From an uncultured delta proteobacterium (GTDB lineage: Bacteria; Myxococcota_A; Polyangia; Fen-1088), in NCBI GenBank assembly GCA_963767925.1, contig CAVYGB010000008.1, positions 2,048,001 through 2,112,000 on the forward strand: a stretch of 64,000 nucleotides of DNA, read 5' to 3'. The translations under genes and the position numbers were made by a program. Shown piece after piece: positions 63,537 to 64,000 of the stretch (positions within the stretch are counted from its first letter, which is position 1; each line of letters opens with the position of its first letter). The notes beneath the pieces were generated by a model. The model made no database searches and had not been told where the DNA came from. It saw nothing but the letters and a program-made list of their open reading frames with translations.

Positions 63537-63684
63537 TCGAGGAGCCCGGAGGATCCCTCCGATCTTGGCCTGGATGGCGCCTCTTCCCTGTAGCCTGAAG
63601 CCGGGCGAAATTGCGGCAGATGTGCGTGCGCGGGACCGCCCCGTGACCGACCTCTGCCTTACCCTCGGTAGAGCAGCCGCGGGA

Positions 63685-64000
63685 TCAGGTCTCTTTCGAC
63701 TCCATCTCGGCGACTGGATCGGGCTGTCGCGCCAGCAGGGCCACGGGGAATCGAGTGAACAGCCGGGCGAGCTCGAGCCTTCCACCGTCATACGACTCGC
63801 CGGTAAGCTGGTTGCACCAGCTTCCGGGTGGCAGCCGGACGTGCGAGCCAGCCCAGTCGCTCCCCAGGCGCAGCGGCCAGCGCGGCACCAGCGTGGCGAC
63901 CTGTCCGCCGCGAAAAAAACCGACCAGGTGATCGGCGCGCGGTCCTTCTGCCGTGAGGGGGAGGTATCCGCCCTCGGGGCCGAAGTCCTCGGACCGCCGG
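63685..64000 (-). CDS. treY: C-terminus of malto-oligosyltrehalose synthase (runs out of the window)
   Basis: YLPL..HLVGFFR..VPRW..LPPGSW..FPVALL. Confidence 0.7.
   Translation of the reverse strand, partial: RRSEDFGPEGGYLPLTAEGPRADHLVGFFRGGQVATLVPRWPLRLGSDWAGSHVRLPPGSWCNQLTGESYDGGRLELARLFTRFPVALLARQPDPVAEMESKET

Overview
High-GC bacterial window, probably Myxococcota (inferred from the PEGA-type Ser/Thr kinase and the style of the IS and integrase genes). It has three parts. (1) 1-4140: host genes (acyltransferase, Ser/Thr kinase, membrane protein). (2) 4190-40453: a ~36 kb temperate podovirus-like prophage integrated in tRNA-Val(CAC). It has exact 48-bp attL/attR repeats, tandem AAGGGTGATC arm-type sites, a tyrosine integrase with Xis-like HTH, a primase-polymerase-like Rep, a GIY-YIG-like nuclease, a duplicated multi-HTH regulatory module, and terminase, portal, scaffold, capsid, short-tail and ejection-protein genes. 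Two IS elements interrupt it: a four-ORF IS21 element whose target duplication contains the probable terminase start codon, and an IS5/IS1182-like element in the putative origin region. A 14-bp motif, CGGGATTCCCGCCG, recurs at four intergenic sites upstream of phage genes and is the best candidate for an undescribed regulatory circuit. (3) 40454-64000: a decayed mosaic stress/glycogen-trehalose island (USPs, receiver domains, treZ, glgX, treY, fadE, MarR) in which many genes are frameshifted or cut down to fused N- and C-terminal remnants. All calls come from motifs and synteny read by eye; no searches were run. Some frameshifts may be assembly indels.
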